Positions 22,723 through 31,766 of a stretch of 64,000 nucleotides of DNA are shown here, piece by piece. The DNA is taken from NCBI GenBank assembly GCA_047612385.1, contig JBLGAR010000007.1:6533-70532 (forward strand), given 5' to 3'. Position numbers and translations under genes: made by a program. Every line of letters starts with the position of its first letter. The first letter of the stretch is position 1. The notes beneath the pieces were generated by a model, which saw only the letters and a program-made list of their open reading frames with translations, was not told the DNA's origin and ran no database searches. This DNA is from Cryomorphaceae bacterium (lineage in GTDB: Bacteria; Pseudomonadota; Gammaproteobacteria; Pseudomonadales; Halieaceae).

Positions 22723-24488
22723 GTAAAAAGAACAGACTCGGCACACTCTGGCCAATTTTAAGCCTGCTCAGACAATACAAAGTTCGCCTTGTTGCAGCGA
22801 GCTTGGCGCTCATTTTTACAGCGGCGGCGACACTCTCAATGGGTAAAGCTGTCCAGGTCCTTATCGATCAGGGCTTTGCTGGGAGTGAGCAAGACTTGCG
22901 CAACGCGATAATGTTTCTGGTTGCGATCGCCGCAGCGATGTCGGTTGGAACCTTCGTACGTTTTTATATGGTCTCCTGGCTGGGAGAACGCGTGAGCGCA
23001 GACTTACGGGTCAAGGTTTTTGACAACATCGTTACACTGCACCCGGGTTACTTCGAAGCAAATCGCAGTGGCGAAATTATGTCTCGCCTCACCACCGACA
23101 CTACCTTATTGCAAACTATTATCGGCTCATCTTTCAGTATGGCTTTGCGAAGCAGCCTGACTTTAGTCGGTGCACTATTCATGATGTTCATCACGAACCT
23201 AAAGCTGAGCCTCATAATCGCCGCCGGCGTGCCGTTGATATTGCTGCCTATTCTAATTTTCGGCAGAAAAGTCAGGCAGCTTTCGAACGAAAGCCAGGAC
23301 AGTATTGCCAGCGTGGGCAGCTATGCCGGTGAGATAATCCAGCATATTAAAGTTGTTCAGAGTTATACCCGGGAGGCATTCGAAAGAAAGGCCTTTGAGT
23401 CCGAGGTAGAACGTGCTTTTGTCATTGCCCGCAAGCGCATCTGGCAGCGATCGTTACTAATATGCGGCTCGATCTTGTTATTGTTTGTGAGCATGTCAGG
23501 CATGCTATGGCAGGGAGGCCAGGATGTTATTACCGGCCGGATGACAGGCGGGGAGCTCGGGGCTTTTGTTTTTTATGCCATCATGGTCGGCAGCGGCATC
23601 GCCACTATCGCAGAGGTCTGGGGAGAGCTACAGCGCGCAGCCGGTGCCGCCGAACGCTTAATGGATTTGCTCAGGACCGAGAGTGTCATTCTTGATACAG
23701 CAGATTCCGCAGAAGATGTTCGCGGCAACCGCAACGAAATTCGTCCAGAACTTCGTTTTGATAATGTCACTTTTCACTACCCTACCCGCCCCAATGAAGC
23801 GGCCTTAAGCGACTTCAGCCTAAATATAGAAGCCGGAAAAAGCCTGGCATTGGTAGGTCCCTCCGGGGCGGGCAAATCCACCGTTTTCGAACTCTTGCAG
23901 CGCTTTTACGATCCTCAGCAAGGTAATGTATCCATGAACGGTGAGGATATTCGCTCACTGAGCCTCAATAACCTGCGCAGCCATATGGCGCTAGTGCCTC
24001 AGCAACCCGCTTTATTCACCGCAGATGTTCGCTACAACATTGCCTATGGCCGAGCCGATGCTACAGACGATGACATCATCAATGCCGCCAAAGCAGCGCA
24101 CGCACACGATTTTATCTCTAGCCTGCCCGAGGGTTATGCAAGCCATCTGGGCGAGCAGGGCGTGCGATTATCAGGTGGACAAAGACAGCGAATCGCACTG
24201 GCTAGAGCCATTCTCAATGATCCCGACGTACTGCTGTTAGATGAAGCCACCAGCGCGCTGGACACGCAAAGTGAGTATCAGGTCCAGCAGGCACTGGAAG
24301 AGCTCATGCAAAATCGCACTACGTTGATCATTGCACATCGACTCTCTACGATACTCCATGCAGACAAGATTGCTGTCCTTGATCAGGGGAAAGTCGTCGC
24401 CACCGGAACTCACGAAGAGCTACTGCAAAGTTCCGCACTTTATGCAGGTCTGGCAAAACTTCAATTCCGAGAGGAATCGGTCGCCTAG
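22719..24488 (+). CDS. ABC transporter, fused permease/ATP-binding protein (ABCB/MsbA-like exporter, substrate unknown)
   Basis: 589 aa with a six-TM N-terminal half. Walker A GPSGAGKST, signature LSGGQRQR, Walker B LLLDEATSALD, H-loop AHRLST. Its ATG overlaps the tatC TGA (ATGA at 22719-22722). Confidence 0.88.
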   Translation: MSKKNRLGTLWPILSLLRQYKVRLVAASLALIFTAAATLSMGKAVQVLIDQGFAGSEQDLRNAIMFLVAIAAAMSVGTFVRFYMVSWLGERVSADLRVKVFDNIVTLHPGYFEANRSGEIMSRLTTDTTLLQTIIGSSFSMALRSSLTLVGALFMMFITNLKLSLIIAAGVPLILLPILIFGRKVRQLSNESQDSIASVGSYAGEIIQHIKVVQSYTREAFERKAFESEVERAFVIARKRIWQRSLLICGSILLLFVSMSGMLWQGGQDVITGRMTGGELGAFVFYAIMVGSGIATIAEVWGELQRAAGAAERLMDLLRTESVILDTADSAEDVRGNRNEIRPELRFDNVTFHYPTRPNEAALSDFSLNIEAGKSLALVGPSGAGKSTVFELLQRFYDPQQGNVSMNGEDIRSLSLNNLRSHMALVPQQPALFTADVRYNIAYGRADATDDDIINAAKAAHAHDFISSLPEGYASHLGEQGVRLSGGQRQRIALARAILNDPDVLLLDEATSALDTQSEYQVQQALEELMQNRTTLIIAHRLSTILHADKIAVLDQGKVVATGTHEELLQSSALYAGLAKLQFREESVA

Positions 24489-24525
24489 TGCTTGCTCAGG
24501 AAAAGCACACATAAAATGCACAAAC

Positions 24526-24555
24526 AAAAACGCCGACCTAATGTCGGCGTTTTTA
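24526..24555. terminator. bidirectional rho-independent terminator between the convergent ABC exporter gene and pntB
   Basis: aaaaaCGCCGACctaatGTCGGCGttttt is a perfect 7-bp GC-rich stem with a 5-nt loop. It is flanked by A5 on one side and T5 on the other. Confidence 0.7.
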
Positions 24556-24571
24556 TTAGCTTGGGACTAAC

Positions 24572-25942
24572 TTAGCTGAATTCGCGAACCAAAGTGCTAA
24601 TCGATTCTTTCGCATCACCAAACAACATACGCGTATTGTCTTTGTAAAACAGCGGATTCTCAATGCCAGCAAATCCTGAGGCCATAGAGCGCTTGAGTAC
24701 AAACACTGTGCGCGCCGAATCAACATTAATCACCGGCATACCATAAATAGGGCTGGTCTCCGACTCACGCGCTGCCGGGTTCACCACATCGTTGGCACCA
24801 ATGACGATTGCCACATCGACGTTCTCCATACGCGGATTAATCTCATCCATCTCAAGCAATTGCTCATAGGGAACATCGGCTTCCGCCAACAATACATTCA
24901 TATGGCCTGGCATCCGCCCCGCCACCGGGTGAATACCAAAGTTTACTTCAGCACCGTTCTTTTCCAACAGCACCATGAGTTCTTTCACCACGTGCTGGGC
25001 CTGGGCTACCGCCATGCCGTACCCAGGAATGATTGCAACGTTAGTAGCCGCTTCAAGAACGTAATAGGCATCCTCTGCTGTAATAGGCTTAATTTCACCT
25101 TCTACCTTAGTGGTGTCGTCTGCAACAGAGCCAAAGCCACTAAACAATACGTTGCTCAGTGAGCGATTCATCGCCTTGCACATAATCTGAGTCAGAATAA
25201 TACCTGACGCGCCCACAAGTGAACCCGCAACGATCAATATATTGTTGTTGATCGCAAAGCCTGCCGCACAAGCTGCCAATCCGGAGTAGGAGTTCAGCAA
25301 CGAAATAACCACTGGCATGTCAGCCCCACCAATGGGAATGACGGCCATAACACCAAAGATCAGAGACAGACCAATAACAAGGTAGAGCCACTGGGTGTTG
25401 GCTGGCTCGATACAGAACATGACCGCACTGCCCACGATGCCCATGACGATTAGGCTGTTGACAATCTGCTGGCCTTTGAACATGACCGCGCCACTGCCGA
25501 TCTTCTCACTCAGCTTGCCATAGGCAATCAGTGAACCGGTAAAGGTGAGCCCACCAATGAGAATAGACAACACGATGGTCACCAAGGTAAACGTACCAGA
25601 GGCCGTCGAAATCGCCGCCCAACCCACTAACAAACTGGCCATACCGCCAGAGCCGTTAAACAATGCGACCATCTCTGGCATGGAGGTCATTTGCACCATG
25701 CGTGCCACGGTGCCACCGATCACACCACCGACAACAAAGCCGAGCAATATCCACTGGTATTCGACGATGCCCTGGTCTAACAGAGCCACCGCGACGGCAA
25801 CCAACATGGCGACTGCGGAGATCATGTTTCCGCGTCTGGCGGTGCCGGGCGAGCCGAGCAGTTTCAGACCAAAAATAAAGAGTCCAGCGGAGGCCACATA
25901 GGCAAACTGGATAAACAGTTCAAGACTTGTGAGAGATTCCAT
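24572..25942 (-). CDS. pntB: NAD(P) transhydrogenase subunit beta
   Basis: 456 aa with a polytopic N-terminal half and a C-terminal NADP(H)-binding dIII domain (PGYGMAVAQAQH, GANDVVNPAA). Confidence 0.93.
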   Translation of the reverse strand: MESLTSLELFIQFAYVASAGLFIFGLKLLGSPGTARRGNMISAVAMLVAVAVALLDQGIVEYQWILLGFVVGGVIGGTVARMVQMTSMPEMVALFNGSGGMASLLVGWAAISTASGTFTLVTIVLSILIGGLTFTGSLIAYGKLSEKIGSGAVMFKGQQIVNSLIVMGIVGSAVMFCIEPANTQWLYLVIGLSLIFGVMAVIPIGGADMPVVISLLNSYSGLAACAAGFAINNNILIVAGSLVGASGIILTQIMCKAMNRSLSNVLFSGFGSVADDTTKVEGEIKPITAEDAYYVLEAATNVAIIPGYGMAVAQAQHVVKELMVLLEKNGAEVNFGIHPVAGRMPGHMNVLLAEADVPYEQLLEMDEINPRMENVDVAIVIGANDVVNPAARESETSPIYGMPVINVDSARTVFVLKRSMASGFAGIENPLFYKDNTRMLFGDAKESISTLVREFS

Positions 25943-26229
25943 TATCGACCACCTTCTTTCTTCTTAAACATGGCCAGCATGCGATCGGTCACCATGTAAC
26001 CCCCGAAGACGTTGATTGAGGCAAGCGCGACGGCGCCAGCCCCCAACCAATTGGCCAGGTCCTGTTGTCCGGTTCCCGCCAGGCTAATCGCGCCTACCAC
26101 GGTAATACCGGAGATCGCGTTCGCGCCGGACATTAACGGGGTGTGCAAGGTCGCAGGTACCTTGGTGATCAGTTCGAAGCCCAGAACGATGGACAACATG
26201 AGTATAAATGTCAGGAATACAATCGCCAT
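25942..26229 (-). CDS. pntAB: NAD(P) transhydrogenase subunit alpha, part 2 (membrane segment)
   Basis: About 95 aa starting at MAIVFLTFILML (ATG 26229). It has three to four TM helices with the SGANAISGI motif. The track ORF has a spurious 17-aa extension. The stop overlaps the pntB start. Confidence 0.85.
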   Translation of the reverse strand: MAIVFLTFILMLSIVLGFELITKVPATLHTPLMSGANAISGITVVGAISLAGTGQQDLANWLGAGAVALASINVFGGYMVTDRMLAMFKKKEGGR

Positions 26230-26230
26230 A

Positions 26231-27373
26231 TCAGTTTCCTCCTTCCAGAATGTTCTTGATGGTTTCGTGCACCACTTCACCGCCGTGGGTGATGATGCAG
26301 CCGGGGAGAATATCGTCTTCGAAGTCCACCTTGAAAAGCTTGGCTTCCGTGTCCCAGTTATCTTCTACGAGAGCGAATAAATTGCTCGAATACATTTGAG
26401 ATGCATCACGACACACTTCATTAGACAGATTGCCTTGGCCAATCACCGTCACACCATTGATATCAACAATCTCGTTGGCAACCGAGCCTTCAACGTTGCC
26501 GCCAGATTCAGCGGCCATATCGACGACCACTGATCCGGGCGCCATGCCCTCAACCATGTCCCGGGTAACGATGACGGGCGCTTTGCGGCCGAAGACCGCG
26601 GCGGTGGTGATAACGACATCGGATTCGGCGATCACCTGTTTCTGGGCATCGCGTTGCATTTGAATCTGCTCCGGCGTCAGCTCTTTGGCGTAACCGTCGG
26701 CAGTCTCGCCGACTTCGCCCAGATCGATCTCGAGAAATTTGCCACCTAGCGATTGAACTTGTTCTGCTACCGCAGGGCGAGTGTCAAAAGCGGTGACCTT
26801 TGCGCCCAGACGTTTGGCGGTCGCTATCGCCTGCAATCCCGCCACGCCGGCACCAATAACGAACACTTTGGCAGGCTTGAGCGTGCCAGCGGGCGTCATC
26901 ATCATGGGGAATATGCGGGGCAGTTTGGATGCCGCCAGGATCACCATCACGTAACCGGCCAGGTTGGCCTGAGAGCTCAGAGCATCCATCTTCTGACTAC
27001 GGGTCGTTCTTGGGATCATTTCCATGGAAATAGAGGTCACGCCCTGAGATTTCAACGCATTGACGATTTCGTGCTCGTTGAAAGGGTCCAAATAACTGAT
27101 ATGGATACACCCGGACTTCATCAGAGCCACTTCTTCCAGTGTGGGCTTGCGCAAGCGCAGCAGCACATCAGCGGTGGAGATCAAATCATCACGATCGGTG
27201 GAGACCGTCGCGCCAACATCCGTATATTCGGTGTCAGTGAACCCGGACCCGGTTCCCATGCCTGTTTCAATCACCAGGTCGGCGCCCATTCGGCACAGTT
27301 TCTTAGCTGAATCAGGCGTGATTGGCACCCGATTCTCTCCCGGGTGGGTCTCTTTTGGAATGGCGATGCGCAT
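26231..27373 (-). CDS. pntAA: NAD(P) transhydrogenase subunit alpha, part 1 (soluble dI, alanine dehydrogenase-like)
   Basis: 380 aa with MRIAIPKE..GE.RV and a GAGVAGLQAIATAKRLGA Rossmann motif. This is the split three-gene pnt organisation known from Rhodospirillum. Confidence 0.92.
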   Translation of the reverse strand: MRIAIPKETHPGENRVPITPDSAKKLCRMGADLVIETGMGTGSGFTDTEYTDVGATVSTDRDDLISTADVLLRLRKPTLEEVALMKSGCIHISYLDPFNEHEIVNALKSQGVTSISMEMIPRTTRSQKMDALSSQANLAGYVMVILAASKLPRIFPMMMTPAGTLKPAKVFVIGAGVAGLQAIATAKRLGAKVTAFDTRPAVAEQVQSLGGKFLEIDLGEVGETADGYAKELTPEQIQMQRDAQKQVIAESDVVITTAAVFGRKAPVIVTRDMVEGMAPGSVVVDMAAESGGNVEGSVANEIVDINGVTVIGQGNLSNEVCRDASQMYSSNLFALVEDNWDTEAKLFKVDFEDDILPGCIITHGGEVVHETIKNILEGGN

Positions 27374-27620
27374 AGTTCTAACCTCTTATTGCTGCTGGCT
27401 GATAGCGCAGCAAACCTGTATCTATTTTTTCGGTATAAAACCGATTTATGGGAGCTGGCTTTCAGCATCTGCGATACTTGATCAGTCCCCGAAATCGAAT
27501 ACTTCACCCCGAACTTTATTAGGGCCGGCGACTTTAGCACAGCCTGCCAAAGGGTGGAACAATGACTACTATTCAGTGACTGAACCCAAGACAGGAAAAG
27601 ACCGGCATACGAAGACAGTT

Positions 27621-29936
27621 CTACATAGGCATGGAGGCTCGATCATAATTGCTGTATTCCCACCACGGCGGCAACAAATTACGATATTGGGCAAGGCGGT
27701 AACGATGGTCGATAATAAGGGCACTTCCTCGATCATCCATCTGGCGAATAACGCGACCCAGGGCCTGATCCACCTTCTGCATTCCCGGGTAGAGGTAGGC
27801 ATACTCAAATCCACTGCCATAGTGACCCTCGAAATAATCTCTGAGCTGCTCCGTGTCACGATTCACAGCAGGCAGGCCCACACCCACAACAACGACGCTG
27901 CTGAGTTGGTCACCCGGCAAATCAATGCCCTCGCCAAATACGCCGCCGAGAATACAAAAGGCCACTATGTCTTGGCGCGACTGCAACTTTTCAAACAGTT
28001 CAGCCCGGCCGCTATCACCTTGCTCACGCTCCTGAACCCAATGCGTTCTACCGCTTTGCCAACTCGTGATCTCAGCAAGCTTCCCCAGCGCATCGCGCAT
28101 GTATTGATAGGAGGGGAAGTACACGATGCAATTGCCTGGAACCTCCAGAAACCAGCGAACCAACGCCGACGCCAGGTCGCCCAGAGAATTCGCTCGTTGA
28201 CGGTAACTGGTGTCAATATGCGTGGCGACGGAAACACTCATCTGAGCCGAAGCGAACGGGGACTGCAGCCGCCTGTAGACTGATTCGGGCCGCACTCCCA
28301 AAGAAGATTGCATCCAGCTAGCGGGCGATAGTGTCGCTGAAAATGCCGTTAGCGAATGCAGGATTTCCTGCTTCTTAGCCAGCAGTCGAGCGGGATTCAG
28401 ACAATTCAACGTCAAACCGAGGCTCTGCTTACCACTGTCTTTAGCCATCTCAAAGCGAAAGTCGTCGCCCCAGGTTTCTGCGATACGCAAAAATTGCAGC
28501 ACAGAAAAGTAAAATTCCAGTAACACGGGCGCGCGATGCAACGCTGAAGCATCTTCCGCCTGGGCCTCCGAGCAATCGCCCACAAAGCGATTGAGGCAAT
28601 CCAATAAATCAGACGGTAGATCAGACCGACTGTCAAACGCGGGTTCCTGCCACGACTCCTTTTGCAGGCCGAGTAAAATACCATTGATTCGATTCAAGGA
28701 AGTGGTCAGGGACTTGGGAGATACCGCTTTGGCAGCGAGGAGGTCGCTCTTGGCGAGGTGGACACTGAACATCCCGCGTGCTCGTGAGGGCAAGTTGTGA
28801 GCTTCGTCGAGCAAAGCTGTCCAGCGATGCCCATCACTTTGGACTAATCCCGAGAGCATTCCGGTGAGACCATAAAGATGATGAAGGTCTCCGATGACAA
28901 CGTCTATCCAGGGCAACAGGTCCAAAGACAATTGATACGGGCACACTTCGAACCGCCGCGCCAACTCGTCGAGCTCCTCACGTCGCAAAAGTGGCAGCTC
29001 AATAGCAGCCAACATTGCCGCGGATAATTTGTCGTAATACCCCAGCGCATAGGGGCATTCCTGACCATGGCAAGCCTTTCCCGGCGACAGGCATACTTTG
29101 TCCTTGGCCGATAGGCTGATGGCGTTGCCGCGATAGCCGGCCTCTGAAAATATCTTCAATGTGTCCTGAGCCGTATTTCGGCCCACCGACTTTGCCGTTA
29201 GGAACGCAACACGATCATGCTTATCCGTCGCCAGAGCTTTGAGTGCAGGAAATAACACCGCAGCAGTTTTACCAATTCCGGTGGGTGCCTCAACCACCAG
29301 CTGGCCGTTTTGATCGATACACTTGTAAACGAGCTCGGCAATATCTCGCTGTCCATCACGAAACTCCCGATACGGGAACTCAAGCGCCTTCAGGCTTAGA
29401 TCTCTTTCCGTGCGTTTTCGCAAAACTGCATCGCGCCAATTCGAAAATTTCTCTATCGTCTCGGCAAGGAACGCTTCCAGTTCGCCCCGGGAGTAAACCT
29501 GCTCCAGAGATATCTCTAGCTCGGTATCTATGTTGAACCAGGTTAAGCGCACTTCCAGCGCAGGTAGATCTTCGGCAATGGCAATCATTGCTCCATACAA
29601 TCGCGCCTGGGACATATGCACGCGAGTAATCGACTCCGGAATGGTATCTGGGTGCACCCTACAGGTTTTGATTTCCTCGACGTAACCGCCGGCAGCATCA
29701 TAGCCGTCTGCCCTACCGCGCAATAAAAAATGCTCATCCGCCTGATACTGCACCGGGTACTCACTGGCGTAGCTGGCAGGTCGCGCCCGAAACAGCTTCT
29801 GATGCCCCTGGGTGCCCTGCACGCCAGTGGGAGAGGGTTTGAACCGAAAATCTATGTCTCCGGTTCTGTGAACAAACACAGCGAGGTCGCGAACACTGAC
29901 CGTCAACTCAGGCATCTGACCAGACAACCCAGGCAA
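27621..29936 (-). CDS. XPD/DinG-family Fe-S DNA helicase with an N-terminal RecB/Cas4-like PD-(D/E)XK nuclease domain
   Basis: 771 aa. In aa 1-185: H45, D77 (GRADGYD), E88-I-K90 (VEEIKT), Q110xxxY114. Helicase motif I is EAPTGIGKT (aa 216-224). Four Cys (C282, C289, C294, C332) lie between motifs I and II. DEAH is at aa 377-380, and motif VI is QALGRVIR. ATG 29936 or 29915 overlaps the stop of the upstream nuclease gene. Confidence 0.85.
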   Translation of the reverse strand: MPGLSGQMPELTVSVRDLAVFVHRTGDIDFRFKPSPTGVQGTQGHQKLFRARPASYASEYPVQYQADEHFLLRGRADGYDAAGGYVEEIKTCRVHPDTIPESITRVHMSQARLYGAMIAIAEDLPALEVRLTWFNIDTELEISLEQVYSRGELEAFLAETIEKFSNWRDAVLRKRTERDLSLKALEFPYREFRDGQRDIAELVYKCIDQNGQLVVEAPTGIGKTAAVLFPALKALATDKHDRVAFLTAKSVGRNTAQDTLKIFSEAGYRGNAISLSAKDKVCLSPGKACHGQECPYALGYYDKLSAAMLAAIELPLLRREELDELARRFEVCPYQLSLDLLPWIDVVIGDLHHLYGLTGMLSGLVQSDGHRWTALLDEAHNLPSRARGMFSVHLAKSDLLAAKAVSPKSLTTSLNRINGILLGLQKESWQEPAFDSRSDLPSDLLDCLNRFVGDCSEAQAEDASALHRAPVLLEFYFSVLQFLRIAETWGDDFRFEMAKDSGKQSLGLTLNCLNPARLLAKKQEILHSLTAFSATLSPASWMQSSLGVRPESVYRRLQSPFASAQMSVSVATHIDTSYRQRANSLGDLASALVRWFLEVPGNCIVYFPSYQYMRDALGKLAEITSWQSGRTHWVQEREQGDSGRAELFEKLQSRQDIVAFCILGGVFGEGIDLPGDQLSSVVVVGVGLPAVNRDTEQLRDYFEGHYGSGFEYAYLYPGMQKVDQALGRVIRQMDDRGSALIIDHRYRLAQYRNLLPPWWEYSNYDRASMPM

Positions 29937-31584
29937 CTTTCGCAGGAATATTATGGCTGAAGAAATATCGTAACCAGCGCCTCTGATTGTCCTGAAGTCG
30001 ATCTCCAGGGCCTTTAACTTCTATCATGGCGTATTCGCCGGGTTTATCTCCGAAGGCTATGAGATCTGGAAACCCGTTACGATTCTCTTTCGGATCAAAA
30101 AGCTGTCGCTCCCATATCGCCAGCAGATGTTCCCCGGGAATCACAGATAATGCTTTATCTTGTATCGCAGCACTAACCTTGTAGTAATCGGTCCAGCGAC
30201 ATTGATAGCCTTGAAAGCGGTCGCGAGCGCGATTGAGTTCGAGGCGCAAATCTGCAGCCCGTAATTCATCGAGTCTGCCACCAATCTCCATCGCCCTGTT
30301 TTTAGAAAAAGTACCGTCATACATGTCGGTGGGAACACTTTGATAAGGGTTGTGGAAAACGCCGCTAACTTCACAAAATATTTGTTCCCAAAAAGCCAAG
30401 CCAAACAAGGTGTTCATCAGCGCGTTTTCCACAAAATGCACCTCGGACCATTGTCCGCTAAGGTACTGTGCGACGTCGCGCTCGACAGAAGCGCTTTGCG
30501 GGATAGTGAGCTGCATCTCATCAAAGGTATCGCGTGTCTTGGGACGCTTCGCTCCCCCTATTTTTCGAAGCACTCTGGCCTGAATTCGTTGAGCCGTCTC
30601 TAATTCAGCTTCACATAAAGGGTCAGCTTGCATATCCGTGCAAAGCTTTGCCGCATTTTCCCAGTCACCGTTCGACTCGCAGATGCGCGCCATGCGCTCG
30701 CGCGCAGGGTGATTTTTGCAGTGCCGGTAAACCTCCAAGGCAAGCGCAGTGCTGGCGCATCGCTCCAATTCTCTTGCCACCCGAAGGCACAAACGTTCCC
30801 AGCGCCGAACACTGGAATCATGTTCAATGGTCGTATTGAGGATCTGCTCGGCGAGAGCTACGATTTCATCGCGTCGATCCAATTTCGGAACTTGGTAATA
30901 AACATCACTCACTACTCGACATGCCAGATATTCCTCAATGGCAGCTCGTGATTCAAAGAAGCGCTGGTTGCGATCCAGAACATAGGGATAGTAAGTCATC
31001 AGTCCTAAATCGCTAAGTACAAAATCAGTCAGACTCTGATACCCATTGCCAAAAAACAATAGCTGCAATAGATCGACAAATTCTCTTCCATGGATCAGCA
31101 GCAAGTCGCCATCTATGACAGCAAAAATGCAGTCGTAGTGGGCTTGGGATGTCAGCCCCAGAGCTTGGATACTCTCGAGTAGCTGCTCTTTACGGCATTG
31201 GCTGGGGATATCCAGTCGTTTCCCGAAAGCCGTTAGCAGCTCCGATTTAGTGCACAGACTTGCCAGGTCAGAAACCGAACAGCTTTCGACATTTGATGCC
31301 AGGCCTCGGGCAATGAGCGCATGCACTGGCATGTAGAGATCGCCTATTTCTTCATAGCGGAGTTTCGCTAATCTAAAAACCGGACCGACGCGACACACTA
31401 ATCTGACAAACAAACACTGCGAAGCGTGATCCAAAGCTCGTATCTTGCCGAGGAACCTGTGCTCGTCGGCAGTGAGTAAATCTGCATACTGTGCTTCGAC
31501 CGTGTCACACAGTACAAAAAAATTGTCCCTGTAGTAATGCGGCACGAGTTCCGGCACGGCGTTAATATTTGAAACTGTGGCCAT
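29908..31584 (-). CDS. FAN1-like VRR-NUC domain nuclease
   Basis: 558 aa. The C-terminal GFPDLIAFGDKPGEYAMIEVKGPGDRLQDNQRRWL has the D...ExK VRR-NUC signature (D507, E522, K524). The N-terminal YYRDNFFVLCDTVEAQYADLL...FVRLVCRVGPVFRLAKLRYEEI and the overall length resemble bacterial FAN1 homologues. Confidence 0.8.
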   Translation of the reverse strand: MATVSNINAVPELVPHYYRDNFFVLCDTVEAQYADLLTADEHRFLGKIRALDHASQCLFVRLVCRVGPVFRLAKLRYEEIGDLYMPVHALIARGLASNVESCSVSDLASLCTKSELLTAFGKRLDIPSQCRKEQLLESIQALGLTSQAHYDCIFAVIDGDLLLIHGREFVDLLQLLFFGNGYQSLTDFVLSDLGLMTYYPYVLDRNQRFFESRAAIEEYLACRVVSDVYYQVPKLDRRDEIVALAEQILNTTIEHDSSVRRWERLCLRVARELERCASTALALEVYRHCKNHPARERMARICESNGDWENAAKLCTDMQADPLCEAELETAQRIQARVLRKIGGAKRPKTRDTFDEMQLTIPQSASVERDVAQYLSGQWSEVHFVENALMNTLFGLAFWEQIFCEVSGVFHNPYQSVPTDMYDGTFSKNRAMEIGGRLDELRAADLRLELNRARDRFQGYQCRWTDYYKVSAAIQDKALSVIPGEHLLAIWERQLFDPKENRNGFPDLIAFGDKPGEYAMIEVKGPGDRLQDNQRRWLRYFFSHNIPAKVAWVVWSDA

Positions 31585-31766
31585 GGAACTAATCCGAAAA
31601 TCGTTGAGTTGTTGAACAGTAATATACTAATGGATGTCGACAGCGCTGTCCCGACTGTTCCAATGTCGCGCTGTACCGAAGCCCTCTTTTCGGGCATTCT
31701 TCATGGCAATAAGTAAAATACAACTTAACCTCCAGAAACGACCTCGGATTAAATCGTCGATTGTAG

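Noticed and set aside
27141-28283. 380-aa plus-strand ORF spanning the pntAA start and the helicase 3' end
   Set aside because: It lies antisense to two well-supported minus-strand genes and crosses their intergenic region. The translation is low-complexity (Ser/Arg/His/Thr-rich) with no recognisable motif. It is a typical shadow ORF.
31585-31766. Search for a LexA/SOS box (CTGT-N8-ACAG) upstream of the FAN1-like/helicase operon
   Set aside because: No match was found on either strand. Only the inverted-order dyad GACAGCGCTGTC is present, and it is reported separately. I therefore make no claim of SOS regulation.
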